Part shown: positions 46,364-58,627 of the stretch, piece by piece
Position numbering within the stretch: the first letter of the stretch is position 1
Layout: every line of letters begins with the position of its first letter
The notes under the pieces: model-generated
The model's input: only the letters and a program-made list of their open reading frames with translations
Database searches by the model: none
What the model was told of the DNA's origin: nothing
Made by a program: the position numbers and the translations under genes
Origin: Nitrosopumilus sp.
Lineage (GTDB): Archaea; Thermoproteota; Nitrososphaeria; Nitrososphaerales; Nitrosopumilaceae
Reading direction: 5' to 3'
Assembly (NCBI GenBank): GCA_965249555.1
Contig: OZ252243.1
Span: 416,001-480,000 of the forward strand
DNA: 64,000 bases

Positions 46364-47043
46364 GAATTAATTGGAATCTTGATTGAAACTTTTGATCCAT
46401 CTTTTAGTTTTGCAGTTTTTCTTATACAGACTTTTGATATTAATTCAATTATAGAAGCATCATGATGAGTTCGTTCAAGTATGATTAATTCACAATTAAT
46501 TGAATTGTTGAGTTTGGCTGGAAAGCATTTTACCCATCCATAGGTTCTCTTTCCATCTGAAAAGCTCTTAATTTTAATACCCTCCAAAATTTCAAATTGT
46601 TTAATTGCCTCTTGATGAATTTTTTGATCTAATTTAACATTAAGAGTTCCGGGAAATGGAATGTAGCCAATTTTTGGTTTGAACTGTTTTGTATATCCTT
46701 TTAATCCCATATAGTATGCACCCTCACCCATTCCAGAAACCAAAGTTCCTTTTAGATTCACATGAGAAGGAGACGAATCCAAACTTTTTTGTAAAATGGC
46801 TGAGAGTTTGACCATTTCAGAAAAACCTTTTGTAGTAATTTTTACTGAAATATTCCTTCCACTTACTATTCTTTCAATGAAAAGATTTTGTTCTAACTCA
46901 AGTAGATGTTTTGATGCAGCTTGTTGTGATTTTTTGATATTTTTTCCAAGTGAGGAAGTGGTGATAGTAACATAGTTGTGTTTTGCTCCTTTAGACAGAA
47001 GGAAAGAGAGAGTTAAGAGGTGCTGAATCTTTAATTCAGTCAT
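46360..47043 (-). CDS. ribK: CTP-dependent riboflavin kinase with N-terminal wHTH
   Basis: SGMGEGAYY, PFPGTLN and ERTHH; SQQAASKHL HTH. Confidence 0.92.
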   Translation of the reverse strand: MTELKIQHLLTLSFLLSKGAKHNYVTITTSSLGKNIKKSQQAASKHLLELEQNLFIERIVSGRNISVKITTKGFSEMVKLSAILQKSLDSSPSHVNLKGTLVSGMGEGAYYMGLKGYTKQFKPKIGYIPFPGTLNVKLDQKIHQEAIKQFEILEGIKIKSFSDGKRTYGWVKCFPAKLNNSINCELIILERTHHDASIIELISKVCIRKTAKLKDGSKVSIKIPINS

Positions 47044-47052
47044 CTAGAAAGC

Positions 47053-48195
47053 CTATGAGATACCTAAATCACTAAATGTTTTAAGCGTCATGTCATTAGA
47101 GTCGGATAGTTTAGCAACTCTATGTCCAATAACACATTCAACGCCTGCATTTTTGGCACCTTCTATTAGTCTTTGAGTGATAATTCCATCTAGTAGAAGA
47201 TACTTGATTCCTGATTGTGTGGATAATTTACTAACAACCTCACTGATTGGAACTTTGAAAATTTCGTTTTGATCACTATCTAGTGCAACTGCTTCAAGTG
47301 TTTCATTAAGACTTGGGAAAACCTTTGATGCTACATCTACAATTGGTTTATCATCTTCATTTTTGAGTGATGGTGCAGGTTTTCCATTTTTAATTTCATC
47401 AGCAACGGGACTTAGAATTTCATCAATTCTTTGCGGAGTTAGTTCTTCAACTTCAACATCGTTATCTGCCTGAAGTTCATAGTCTAATGTAACAACAGAT
47501 TTGAGTTCTTTGAGGATAAATCCGCCTGATCTATCTCCATCAAGGAATGCAACAACAGTATCTTTGGTATTACATAGTTCTTTGATAGATTCATCAATTT
47601 TTGCACCTTCAATTGCAAGAGCATTGTCATATCCTGCTCTTAAAAGATTGATTACATCTGCTCTTCCTTCAACAAGAATTACCCAAGTAGAATCAAAGAC
47701 GCCAGAACTGCATGTAAGTTTTGATGGTCCATACGTTGATAGTTTTCCAGTATCACCTTGATGAACATCATTTAACATGCTTTCTCCTTCACTGACAGTT
47801 TTTGTTGCCCATTTTTGCTTGATTTCTTTAGCACGTTTTACAATATCGTCTTTCTTGGCAGCTCGTACATCATCAATAGCATCTAATCTAAATTTGCAAT
47901 CAAACGGACCTACTTTGTCAATGCTTTCAATTCCTGCAGCAATTAATGCACAAGTATCAATATCAGTACTCATTGGGATTAAAGCAGTACCGTTTGTAGC
48001 ATTAGCTGTTGATTTTGCATCAACTTCAATACGTCCTACTTTGGAAACTCGCTGCAGTTCATTCAGATTCATCTCCGGACCTAACAGACCTTCTGTCTGG
48101 CCAAAGATTGCGCCGATTATATCTGCTCTTTCAACGAGCCCATCAACTTCATAGGAAAGTTTAACATGATATTTGACAATTCCTGATTGAGGCAT
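47053..48195 (-). CDS. dnaG: Archaeal DnaG (exosome-associated TOPRIM protein)
   Basis: GAIFGQTEGLLG, VEGRADV, FLDGDRSG and DGIITQR. Confidence 0.95.
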   Translation of the reverse strand: MPQSGIVKYHVKLSYEVDGLVERADIIGAIFGQTEGLLGPEMNLNELQRVSKVGRIEVDAKSTANATNGTALIPMSTDIDTCALIAAGIESIDKVGPFDCKFRLDAIDDVRAAKKDDIVKRAKEIKQKWATKTVSEGESMLNDVHQGDTGKLSTYGPSKLTCSSGVFDSTWVILVEGRADVINLLRAGYDNALAIEGAKIDESIKELCNTKDTVVAFLDGDRSGGFILKELKSVVTLDYELQADNDVEVEELTPQRIDEILSPVADEIKNGKPAPSLKNEDDKPIVDVASKVFPSLNETLEAVALDSDQNEIFKVPISEVVSKLSTQSGIKYLLLDGIITQRLIEGAKNAGVECVIGHRVAKLSDSNDMTLKTFSDLGIS

Positions 48196-48311
48196 AAATT
48201 ATTCATCTCCTTAATATTCATAATTTGAGTTTCTGCTTTCGATATATGAGGGTATCGCAAAAATTTGCACAGCAATCGCTAGAGACATCTAAAAATGAGA
48301 AATAATGTTGC

Positions 48312-48662
48312 TTATTCAGTGCTAAAAGAGTGACCACATGAACAGGACTTTGTAACATTTGGATTGTTGATTTTAAATCCAGAACCCATTAGGCTTTCAA
48401 TATAGTCTACATTTGCACCTTGAAGATGTTCAACACTGTAACTATCAACTAGGAATTTTACTCCATTTTCCTCCATGACGATATCGTCTTCTTCTGGTGC
48501 TTTTTCAAAGCCCATTCCATAAGATAGACCAGAACAACCGCCGCCTTGAACATATACTCTAAGATATTCTGGGGCTTCGGCTTCTTCTTTCATGAATTCT
48601 TTGATTTTTTCAGCTGCTTTTGCAGTGATTGTGATCATCTTTTGTGTTTGTTCGGTTGCCAT
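48312..48662 (-). CDS. A-type Fe-S carrier (HesB/IscA/ErpA)
   Basis: GGCSG and NPN...CSCGHSF. Confidence 0.93.
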   Translation of the reverse strand: MATEQTQKMITITAKAAEKIKEFMKEEAEAPEYLRVYVQGGGCSGLSYGMGFEKAPEEDDIVMEENGVKFLVDSYSVEHLQGANVDYIESLMGSGFKINNPNVTKSCSCGHSFSTE

Positions 48663-48790
48663 TATGAATAAAAAAGCAGGTTCAAATTATAATAAGCTTT
48701 TGCCACTCAGCACACTAGGGATTTAAGAAATAAGGCGTATTTTTGCCACAATTATGGTTGTTAAGATAAATAAAAAAAAGTCGGAAATAG

Positions 48791-49588
<798 letters not shown>

Positions 49589-51706
49589 CTATTTTCCTTG
49601 TATTTTGCCCAATTGAACTAATGCACCTGCAGCTTCAACCCAAGTTCGAAGGTCTTGGTAAACTGGAACATTATGTTTCTCAACCAATTTTACCATTTTT
49701 TCAGTATATGGACCACCATTACATCCAACTAAAAGTGGTTTCTTTCTTTTCTTTTGGAAATCAGCAAGATAATCAACAATTGTTTCTTCAAGTGGATCAT
49801 CTTGGAAGACAAACCATGGCATTGCGATATCAATATTTTTTTCGTCCATGAATTGTTGAATGACAAATCTATAATCTTCTGCAGTTGCACCGCCACCTAC
49901 ATCTGCTGGATTACCACTATGAATAGGAACAGCTATTGGAAAATGTGCCTTCATTTTTTTGACACGTTCCGGTGATAACTTTCCTATGGTAAGACCAAAT
50001 TTTTCTAATTGATCCATTCCACCAATCATTGGACCAGCACCATTACTAGTCATAGCAACACGATTTCCCTTTGCAGCTGGTTGCCATGCTAGTGCCTTTA
50101 AGACGCCAGCTAGTTGTTGATAACTGTCAACAGAGATTATACCTGCTTGCTTGAATGCACCCATAATGATTGCATTTGAGCCTCCAAGTGAGCCTGTGTG
50201 TGATGCAGCTTGTTTTGCACCTATTGCAGTTCTACCACTCTTCCAAATAACTATTGGTTTCTTTGTTTCTTTCATAACACGTTTGGCAGTATTGATGAAT
50301 TTTCGTCCATCACCAAATCCTTCAACGTATAATCCAATTACTTTTGTTTGAGGATCATTTGCAGCATACCATATCATATCTGCTTCATCAACATCAGAAC
50401 GATTACCAAAACTAATCATCTTGGATAAACCAAACACATCAGCACTTTCTAACATACTAATTCCCATGGTTCCACTTTGTGAGAAAAATGCAACAGAGCC
50501 TAATTTTGAACGTAGCATTCTTTCTTGTCCTTGGAATGCACAATCAAGGCGATTAGCAGCATTGAACATTCCAATACAGTTAGGACCAATAATTCTGATT
50601 TTGTGTTTTTTAGATAATCTTGTAATTTCAGCCTCATATGCTGCACGTTCTCCGCCGAGCTCTTTTCCTCCACCTGAAACAATTACTACACTGTGAACTC
50701 CTTTCTTTGCACAATCTTCTAAGACAGGAGGAGTCATAGACAAATCTACTGAAACCACAACAAGATCAACTTTGCCTGGAACTGCTGAAACTGTTGGATA
50801 GCATTTTTGCCCAAAGATTTTATCAGCCTTTGGATTTATGGGGTAAACCTTTCCTTTGAAATCATAATTTACCAAACTGTCTAAGATAGAATTTCCAATC
50901 TTTCCAGGAGTTGATGATGCACCAACTAGTGCAACAGATTTTGGAGTAAAGAATGTCTCCATGTTTTCTTTGCTTGGTTTTGCGTTAGAAATGGAATTTT
51001 TCTTTACTTTATCATTAAGAAGAATTTTTGCATCTACAACATAATGAGATTTTGGATAAACAATTACAGGGTTAAAGTCAATGCTGTTGAAATGGTCAGC
51101 GTTTTCTACTCCTAGTTTTCCAATTTGTACAAGCATTTTTGAAACCATGTTAAGATCAATTGGCGCACTTCCTCTGAATCCTTTGAGAAGTGCTGAGCCT
51201 TTGAGTTCATTTATCATTGATTTTGCATCTGAAGTTGTAATTGGTAGCATTCTAAATGAAACGTCTTTCATAACTTCAGTCATTATACCACCTAGTCCGA
51301 CCATAATTACAGGACCAAATTGAGAATCGTTTTGAAGACCAACAATTAGTTCAACACCTTTTGGAACCATCTTTTCAAGAAGTATTCCTTTAACATCAAC
51401 TCCTTTCTTTTTAGAAAGTCTGCCATACATGTCATTGAATGTCTTTTTTACATCATTGATATTATCTAGTCCAACTTTAACTCCACCAACATCAGTTTTG
51501 TGTAAGATTTGTGGTGAGACTACTTTCATTACAAGTGGAAAGCCAATTTTTTTTGCTTGTTTTGCCGCATCCTCAGCAGAGGTTACAAGTGCAAAAGGTG
51601 GAACTTTGACTCCATAACTTTTGAGTATTGATTTTGATAATTCTTCGGTAATGACTTTGTGTTTAGTTTGAATGATTTCGTCAAAAATTTTCTTTACTGC
51701 AACCAT
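49589..51706 (-). CDS. ADP-forming acyl-CoA synthetase, likely 3-hydroxypropionyl-CoA synthetase
   Basis: N-terminal ATP-grasp (HKTDVGGV), then CoA-binding domain, GPNCIG, SQSG and SHTGSL; context with the hydratase. Confidence 0.85.
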   Translation of the reverse strand: MVAVKKIFDEIIQTKHKVITEELSKSILKSYGVKVPPFALVTSAEDAAKQAKKIGFPLVMKVVSPQILHKTDVGGVKVGLDNINDVKKTFNDMYGRLSKKKGVDVKGILLEKMVPKGVELIVGLQNDSQFGPVIMVGLGGIMTEVMKDVSFRMLPITTSDAKSMINELKGSALLKGFRGSAPIDLNMVSKMLVQIGKLGVENADHFNSIDFNPVIVYPKSHYVVDAKILLNDKVKKNSISNAKPSKENMETFFTPKSVALVGASSTPGKIGNSILDSLVNYDFKGKVYPINPKADKIFGQKCYPTVSAVPGKVDLVVVSVDLSMTPPVLEDCAKKGVHSVVIVSGGGKELGGERAAYEAEITRLSKKHKIRIIGPNCIGMFNAANRLDCAFQGQERMLRSKLGSVAFFSQSGTMGISMLESADVFGLSKMISFGNRSDVDEADMIWYAANDPQTKVIGLYVEGFGDGRKFINTAKRVMKETKKPIVIWKSGRTAIGAKQAASHTGSLGGSNAIIMGAFKQAGIISVDSYQQLAGVLKALAWQPAAKGNRVAMTSNGAGPMIGGMDQLEKFGLTIGKLSPERVKKMKAHFPIAVPIHSGNPADVGGGATAEDYRFVIQQFMDEKNIDIAMPWFVFQDDPLEETIVDYLADFQKKRKKPLLVGCNGGPYTEKMVKLVEKHNVPVYQDLRTWVEAAGALVQLGKIQGK

Positions 51707-51748
51707 GTTTCGATCGATAAAATCAAAACTAAGTATATTAAACTTTGG

Positions 51749-52432
51749 TCAAAGATCGAATGACGATTTGAAGTTGTTGTAAAAATTCTTCATATTTGAT
51801 TTTACAGTTGAAATGTTTTCATCAATATCTGAGCGAATTTTTTGCGAATTTACATTAGGAATGTTTTGTAGTTTTTCCTCAGCTCTATCAAGCCAGAAAT
51901 TGACCATTTCTTCATTTACCTCCAAATGGAATTGCAATCCAACTGCACTTTTGTATTGAAAAGCTTGATTCAGATAATGCTCAGATGAGGCCAATCTAAC
52001 TGCACCTTCAGGTAAATCAAAGGTATCACCATGCCAATGAAAGACAGTGAAGGGATTTTTGAAGCCAGAAAAGAATGTAGTGTCATTATGAATTTTCAAG
52101 TCATTGTAAAATCCAATTTCCTTTCGTGGTCCACGGTATACTTTGGCACCAAAAGTTTTAGCAATTAGTTGCGAACCCAAACATATCCCCAAAACAGGAA
52201 TATTTTTTTCAACACAGTTTTTGACAAGACGTTGTTCTGCGTGAAGATATGGTAAATCATCATTTGCACTTTCAGGCGCTCCTAAAATTACAGCTAGAGA
52301 GAAATCTTTCTTAGGAAGTGGTTCGTGTTTTGCATTAACTGAAGTAATCTCAAATCCATCATTATTGAGAAGATCACCCAAATATCCAGAACCTTCAATT
52401 CTGGTATTTTGTACAAGCAAAACATCAGACAT
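51749..52432 (-). CDS. Class I glutamine amidotransferase-like protein
   Basis: GICLGSQ, WHGD and QFHLE. Confidence 0.88.
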   Translation of the reverse strand: MSDVLLVQNTRIEGSGYLGDLLNNDGFEITSVNAKHEPLPKKDFSLAVILGAPESANDDLPYLHAEQRLVKNCVEKNIPVLGICLGSQLIAKTFGAKVYRGPRKEIGFYNDLKIHNDTTFFSGFKNPFTVFHWHGDTFDLPEGAVRLASSEHYLNQAFQYKSAVGLQFHLEVNEEMVNFWLDRAEEKLQNIPNVNSQKIRSDIDENISTVKSNMKNFYNNFKSSFDL

Positions 52433-52481
52433 TATTTTTTAGTTACAAAAGTGCTTAATATGTTCAAACAAATCAGATAAT

Positions 52482-52859
52482 GTGCTCGTTACAGAACAAG
52501 AAATTATAGAGTTGAAAAATTTTATTTTTCAGTTGAACGTTATGGAAGATAGTGTTGTAGTAGTTGAAGGTAAAAAAGATTCCATTGCATTAAAAAAACT
52601 GGGTTACACTGGAAAAGTTTTAGAATTTCACAGATTTGGAGGAATGGTTGACTTTGCTGATTCAGTTTCAAAATATAAAAAATTGATTATTCTTTTTGAC
52701 AGAGACAAAAAAGGTAGAACATTAACTAGAAAAACGATTCAACTATTGCAAAGGAGAACAAAAATAGATCTTTCTTTCAAAAGAAAACTTCGAGAAATTA
52801 CTAAAGGTAAGATAAGGTGTATCGAAGAACTAGTTTGTTACGAATCGTATCTGGTTTAA
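52482..52859 (+). CDS. Small TOPRIM-domain protein
   Basis: VVEGKKD and LFDRD..G. Confidence 0.85.
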   Translation: MLVTEQEIIELKNFIFQLNVMEDSVVVVEGKKDSIALKKLGYTGKVLEFHRFGGMVDFADSVSKYKKLIILFDRDKKGRTLTRKTIQLLQRRTKIDLSFKRKLREITKGKIRCIEELVCYESYLV

Positions 52860-54130
52860 GGCCAAATACCTTTTTGATTAAAGGCTTCTACTACTCGTTC
52901 AACAGCTAAAGCCATGGCTGCCTTTCTCATGTCAATTTTGTGTTTTTTGGACATTGCATATGAATCCCTGAATCCTTTTGTGATGTTGGCCTCCATTTTC
53001 TTGGCAACCTCATCAAATGTCCAATAGTAACCCATGTTGTTTTGTACCCATTCTAGATATGAAATACAGACACCGCCAGAGTTTGCTAAAATATCAGGAA
53101 TAACCATAATGTTCTTTTTGTAGATAATTGGATCAGCTTCTGGCAATGTTGGACCGTTGGCAGCTTCTGCAATAATTTTACATTTGAGATTATTTGCAAT
53201 CTTTGCATCGATTTGGTTTTCTAGTGCACCAGGAACCAAGAAATCACATTTGGTAGTAAGTAATTGTTCAGTTGTGATTTTTTCACTTTCAGGAAATCCA
53301 ACAACAGAGCCTTTCTTTTGTTTGTGTTCTAAGATTTTACTAACCTTTGCACCATTTGGAATAGAAATAGAGCCTTTAGAATCACTAGCTGCAATTACTT
53401 TGGCACCCATATCTTCAAGGGATTCTCCTGCAAATGTTGATGCATTTCCAAATCCTTGCAAAACAACTGTGGCACCTTTTAATTTAATTTTCAATTCTTT
53501 GGCTGCTTCTCTCATACAATATGCCGCCCCTAATCCAGTTGCGACATTTCTTGCAAGAGAGCCTCCCATTGAAATTGGTTTTCCAGTAATTACACCTGGA
53601 GAAGATTTGTTGCCGTTTAGTTTGCTAAATGTGTCCATGATTTGAGTCATCTCTCTACCTGTTGTGTAAACATCAGGTGCCGGAATATCTTTTTCAGGTC
53701 CTATAATTTCAGAAATTTTGAATGCAAATCCTCTTGTTAGTCTCTCTAATTCTGCATCGCTAATTTTTTCTGTTTTTGGGTTTACATAGATTGCACCTTT
53801 TCCTCCGCCTAATGGAATATCAACTATTGCACATTTCCATGTCATCCACGAAGAAAGTGCCATAACTTCACGTTCCATGTATTCCACCCCACCTTCTGGA
53901 TTAAAGTAACGAATGCCACCTTTGTATGGACCTCTATCATTGTTATGTTGACTTCTAAAACCTGTAAATATTCTAATTTTACCATTATCCATTTTTACTG
54001 GAATCTTTACTCTCAAAACTTTGTTTGGCATTGCAAGATATTCACGCAATCCTTTGTCTTTAATTCCAAGAATATCACATGCATCATTAACCTGTTTAGT
54101 TGCATTTGCAAAAGGATCATGCTTGAACAA
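52856..54130 (-). CDS. gdhA: Glutamate dehydrogenase
   Basis: GPYKGGIRY, GGGKG, DIPAPD, QGFGN and EAANGP. Confidence 0.95.
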   Translation of the reverse strand: MFKHDPFANATKQVNDACDILGIKDKGLREYLAMPNKVLRVKIPVKMDNGKIRIFTGFRSQHNNDRGPYKGGIRYFNPEGGVEYMEREVMALSSWMTWKCAIVDIPLGGGKGAIYVNPKTEKISDAELERLTRGFAFKISEIIGPEKDIPAPDVYTTGREMTQIMDTFSKLNGNKSSPGVITGKPISMGGSLARNVATGLGAAYCMREAAKELKIKLKGATVVLQGFGNASTFAGESLEDMGAKVIAASDSKGSISIPNGAKVSKILEHKQKKGSVVGFPESEKITTEQLLTTKCDFLVPGALENQIDAKIANNLKCKIIAEAANGPTLPEADPIIYKKNIMVIPDILANSGGVCISYLEWVQNNMGYYWTFDEVAKKMEANITKGFRDSYAMSKKHKIDMRKAAMALAVERVVEAFNQKGIWP

Positions 54131-54204
54131 GATGATCGTATTTAATGGACTATGATTATATATTTTTGGTTGAAAATTTCTGATCGCAGTTTAAGAAAAT
54201 AGAA

Positions 54205-54588
54205 TTATAGATAGACCTTTTTGTAATTCATCTTTCTGTCTAGTTTTTCAATTGCTTCATCAAGGGCATTGATATTAATTTCAAGAAAAGTCGACAGGTG
54301 AAAGATTGCACCATATTTTTCGCCAATTTTTGAGACCATGTTATTTTTCTCTAGTACTTTCATGTGATGCTGAATTGCTTTGTAATCAAGACCAAGTTCT
54401 TTTGATAGTTGATGAGTATTGTATGGTTGCTCAAGCAAGTGCATAATAATGCGTAGTCTGGTAAATCCACCTCTAGTACTTGTAAACAAGTAAAGTAACA
54501 GCTTTCTAGTCTGTTTATCTGGTTTTCTTTGTGTAGAAACTTGTTTTGATCTAATAATTTCTTTGAATTCTAGGAGTTGATTAGCCAT
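54205..54588 (-). CDS. ArsR-like winged-helix regulator
   Basis: TRGGFTRLRII, NTHQLSKELGLDYKAIQHHMKVL and YG. Confidence 0.85.
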   Translation of the reverse strand: MANQLLEFKEIIRSKQVSTQRKPDKQTRKLLLYLFTSTRGGFTRLRIIMHLLEQPYNTHQLSKELGLDYKAIQHHMKVLEKNNMVSKIGEKYGAIFHLSTFLEININALDEAIEKLDRKMNYKKVYL

Positions 54589-54698
54589 GTTTCTTAAAGA
54601 AAATAATGCCGAGTTTGCTTAAAACTCTATTTCCATATCTTTTCCATATTCAGGAAGATAATTACCCTTAAATTGACTATGGATAAACTCGTGATATT

Positions 54699-55424
54699 AT
54701 GATGGCATCACGCGGTTACGATATGACGCCTACCATGTATTCTCCAGATGGTAGAATATACCAAGTAGAATACGCCATGGAGACTGTAAAAAGAGGAACT
54801 CTAGCAATTGGTATTTGCAGTAAAGAAGGAGTCATTATGGCAGTAGAGGAGAAAGCCAGAACATTACAAACTGCAAATATCACACAAAAAATTTTCCAAG
54901 TGGATTTTCACATTGGGGTTGCCGCAGCAGGATACATCCCAGATGCACGTATTCAGGTAGATAACGCACGATTCTTTTCACAGGGAAGCAGAATGACGTA
55001 TGATGAATCAGTTGAAGTTGCAACAGTTGCCAAACATTTAGCAGACCAATCTCATCAGTTTACACAATATTCAGGAGTACGTCCAAATGGAGTTTCCTTA
55101 ATAATTGCAGGAATTGATCAAAAAGGAGAATCAATCTATGTGACTGATCCTAGTGGAACTTATGTACAATATGCAGCAGTTGCAATTGGAGCAGGTTCTG
55201 AGGATGTAAATGAATTCTTGGAGAAACATTACAATGCAGATATGAGTATGGATGATGCAGTATCTTTAGCTATTGCTGCAATTAATCTAAAAGCAGAACA
55301 GAAAGATATAATCACCGACATCAAAATGGCAAAGATTACAACTGAAGCAAAAGTTTTTGAAAAAATTTCCGAGTCTGATTTAAAGAAGTATTCTCAAAAC
55401 GTATCAAAGTTTTCTTCAGAATAA
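54699..55424 (+). CDS. psmA: Proteasome alpha subunit
   Basis: YD..PTMYSPDGRIYQVEYA signature. Confidence 0.95.
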   Translation: MMASRGYDMTPTMYSPDGRIYQVEYAMETVKRGTLAIGICSKEGVIMAVEEKARTLQTANITQKIFQVDFHIGVAAAGYIPDARIQVDNARFFSQGSRMTYDESVEVATVAKHLADQSHQFTQYSGVRPNGVSLIIAGIDQKGESIYVTDPSGTYVQYAAVAIGAGSEDVNEFLEKHYNADMSMDDAVSLAIAAINLKAEQKDIITDIKMAKITTEAKVFEKISESDLKKYSQNVSKFSSE

Positions 55425-56381
55425 AAGTTTTAGATTTGAAAGCCAAGTGTACAAGTTTTCAGCGAAATAATATTCCAATGGGTATTCATAATATATGATA
55501 TATTCATCCTGTATTCAATAAGAACAGGGTAAATTGGTGTCGCATTCTTCTAGCAATATGGGATTTCAGTAATTGTTGTTTTGTTAGTTTTTGAAGGTAG
55601 TATTGGAAAAATTAGTCAACCATTTGCAGTAGCTACTTGTATACATACCAATTGTGATATTTCAAATTGGTTAGCATTAGTAGTTGGTGTTGGAAACGAA
55701 AATCCTTCAAAATTCCTCCCAAATCATTCTCTTTGTCTGAAATATCCAAAAATTTCCAAGTAATGATATTTAGTCCAGCAGTTGATCGGAATTCAAACTG
55801 GAGGGAAATTTTATTACCAATAAGGAATTTTTTTGACCTGTAACCTTTCGGTTGATAAAATATCTATGATCTGAATAATTCTCTGATACGTAATGCATCT
55901 TTATCCTGTTCTATAACAAGATCCCCAAAAGTGACTTTTTTTACATTTTGCATACTCTTTTATGGTATTGTTAGGTTTTATATCTTTACTTGGCTGATGC
56001 CATCAAACTCAAAACAGACGCAGAAAAAAACGAAATCAATTTGTTATTTGCTAAACCATTTAGAGCACGTAATTTTAATCCGATGATAGCGAAAGATTTT
56101 TCGGGATTGGATGGAATCAAGTTTTTACTTCAACAAAATTTGTGTACAAATGTTACTTGATACGCTTATGGAAGGAGCATTTGTATTGCAAGATGCAGGT
56201 GAATTATTGTATCAAGCAGACCAATCGTTAAAAATTCCAAAAGTAAATGAAACCACGAACAGTATGTTCCGATGAGTAAGTTGAACCTAAAACTCACATT
56301 ATCACGAACCTATTTCTAATCCAATTAATTCAATAAATTGTGTTGAAAACTATTCAAACAAGTATTCAGAGACGATAGATT

Positions 56382-57071
56382 ATGGGTTTAGGGAGTTATT
56401 GGGGCGAAGTAATGGATGTACTTCGAGAGATTATTCCTGTTTATGATAAAGTAAATTCAATCATTTCATTGGGAAAAGATGGTGAACACAGAAATCGTGG
56501 AATTTTGGGAAGAGTGCTTCCAGGCAATAAAATTCTAGATGCAGGTTCTGGTTTTGGCAACATGTCAAAGACTGCACTAAAACAAACTGATGGAAAAATT
56601 TCAATCACACTTTATGATCCTCTAGTACCCATGCTCAAAAATACTAGCAAGTATTTTGAAACGTCTCCAGACATGGCAAACGGAGTTTTTGAGCACATTC
56701 CATTTAGGGATGAAGAATTTGATGCAGTGTTGTGCGGATATTCATTAAGAGATGCAATTAATTTGAGAATTGCAATTTCTGAAATTCATCGAGTGTTGAA
56801 AAAAGATGGCAGATTTGTCATTGTTGATTTGGGAAAACCAGATGAAGCATTCATCAGAGCAGGTGTTTCATTTTATCTAAGATGTATTCTTCCCATTCTT
56901 GCATTTATTGCAGGAGGAAGACTTGGATTAAAGTTTGGAAAGCTACATGGTACATTCAAGAGATGGCCTCAAAACAAAAAGCTTGAAGGATTGCTACTAG
57001 AAAAATTCTCCAGAGTAGAATTTGAGAAAGATCTTATGGGCGGAGCAATAATGGTTGCAGCATTCAAATGA
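56382..57071 (+). CDS. Class I SAM methyltransferase (UbiE/MenG-like)
   Basis: YDKVN..IS.G, LDAGSG.G, IPFRDEEFD and EIHRVLK..G. Confidence 0.85.
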   Translation: MGLGSYWGEVMDVLREIIPVYDKVNSIISLGKDGEHRNRGILGRVLPGNKILDAGSGFGNMSKTALKQTDGKISITLYDPLVPMLKNTSKYFETSPDMANGVFEHIPFRDEEFDAVLCGYSLRDAINLRIAISEIHRVLKKDGRFVIVDLGKPDEAFIRAGVSFYLRCILPILAFIAGGRLGLKFGKLHGTFKRWPQNKKLEGLLLEKFSRVEFEKDLMGGAIMVAAFK

Positions 57072-58222
57072 ACAGAGTTCTGATTCTAGTCAACATTACT
57101 GCCTTAATCATTGGAATTTCATATGGACTGCACGGACCAATTCTGCCATTATTTGCAAAGAATGTAATTGGTGCTACGTATTCTGAACTTGGATTAATTG
57201 GATTGACCAATTTCATCCCTTACATGTTCATTCCACTTTTTGTAGGAATTCTTCTTGACAGGTTTAACAGTGGATACCTACTTGCATTAGGAGCTGCTAT
57301 CAATTCCGCATCAATCTATCTTCTATCAATTGCACAATCAGTTCCAGAAATAATGGGATTTAGAATAATGACAGGAGTGGCTCATGCATTTTTTTGGCCA
57401 CCGTGTCAGGCTATTATCGCGACTGAGAGTACAGAGAAAAACAGAGTCAAAAACATCTCCTGGTTTACAATGTTTTTTGTTATTGGATTTATGGTAGGAC
57501 CATTACTTGGCACAGTATTCCTTGATGGTATCGATATTACCTACAGAATTCTATTCCAGATTACAGCGTTCATTATGGCTACTGCAATAATCTCTGCACT
57601 AATTATCTCAAGAAAAAGAGTTAGAACTCACAATAAACGACTATCTTTCTCATCAATTAAGGAGCTGAAAAGATTTCCAGAAGTAATAATCTTATTGATT
57701 TTCTGTACATCGTCTTTTGGAATAATTCTCACAATTTATCCAGCGTTTCTAAATGACAATGGAATGTCAGCTACAGATATTTTGTTATTGTATTTTGTTT
57801 TTGGAGTATCACGTGTTGTATCACTTGCATTAGTTGGAAAGTTTGCAAAAAAATCAAGTCAGACCTTGATTGCGGCAACAATGGCAGTATCAATTGGATT
57901 AGCCATATCAGTTGTTGCAGATTCAATCATTGGTTTTGCAGTTTCATTGGTTCTAATGGGATTTGGGTTTAGCATATTTTTCCCCTTGACGCTAGAAATA
58001 ATTTTGAGTAAAACTAGAAAAGAAATTTCAGGAAGATTAATTGGAGCATATGAAACAATTTTTGGAATAGGTTGGGCAATAGGACCAATTATTGGCGGTC
58101 CAGTTACAGAATCATTTGGAGATGAAACACCATATTTGATATTTTGTGTAATAGGAATAGGAGTCACACTGTTTGCAATAATGTCAAGAAAGAAACTAGA
58201 GCCACAAAGAATCCAAAGCTGA
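57068..58222 (+). CDS. MFS transporter
   Basis: About 12 TM segments; GILLDRFN motif. Confidence 0.88.
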   Translation: MNRVLILVNITALIIGISYGLHGPILPLFAKNVIGATYSELGLIGLTNFIPYMFIPLFVGILLDRFNSGYLLALGAAINSASIYLLSIAQSVPEIMGFRIMTGVAHAFFWPPCQAIIATESTEKNRVKNISWFTMFFVIGFMVGPLLGTVFLDGIDITYRILFQITAFIMATAIISALIISRKRVRTHNKRLSFSSIKELKRFPEVIILLIFCTSSFGIILTIYPAFLNDNGMSATDILLLYFVFGVSRVVSLALVGKFAKKSSQTLIAATMAVSIGLAISVVADSIIGFAVSLVLMGFGFSIFFPLTLEIILSKTRKEISGRLIGAYETIFGIGWAIGPIIGGPVTESFGDETPYLIFCVIGIGVTLFAIMSRKKLEPQRIQS

Positions 58223-58266
58223 AATTGATCATAGGCATAAAACTTGAACATTACGTTTAATTTCAA

Positions 58267-58626
58267 ATGGGAGTATACCAGAGTATGTTTGATTATTCAT
58301 TGAATATAGCTGGAAGCGAATGGGTGATCATTATTTTTGTTGCAATAGTTTTGATTTTAGGAACAGGAAAGCTTCCGGGTGCTGCAAAAAAACTAGGAAA
58401 AGCAGTTAATGAATACAATAAAGCAAAAAACGAAATTCAAGACCAGATGAAGATAGGAGAAGAGCAATCAGCAAAAATTACAGGGCCAGTAGAGACGGAA
58501 CGAGAAAAATTAGAAATCATGGCCAAATCAATGGGGGTAAATGTGGAAAAAACAGATGATGAGTTAAGAAAAATGATTTCAGAGAAGATGGGTCAAAAGA
58601 AAGATGAGCCAGAAAATAAAGAATAG
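58267..58626 (+). CDS. tatA: Twin-arginine translocase TatA/E
   Basis: EWVIII...LG.GKLP..AK.LGKAV.EY.KA. Confidence 0.85.
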   Translation: MGVYQSMFDYSLNIAGSEWVIIIFVAIVLILGTGKLPGAAKKLGKAVNEYNKAKNEIQDQMKIGEEQSAKITGPVETEREKLEIMAKSMGVNVEKTDDELRKMISEKMGQKKDEPENKE

Positions 58627-58627
58627 A

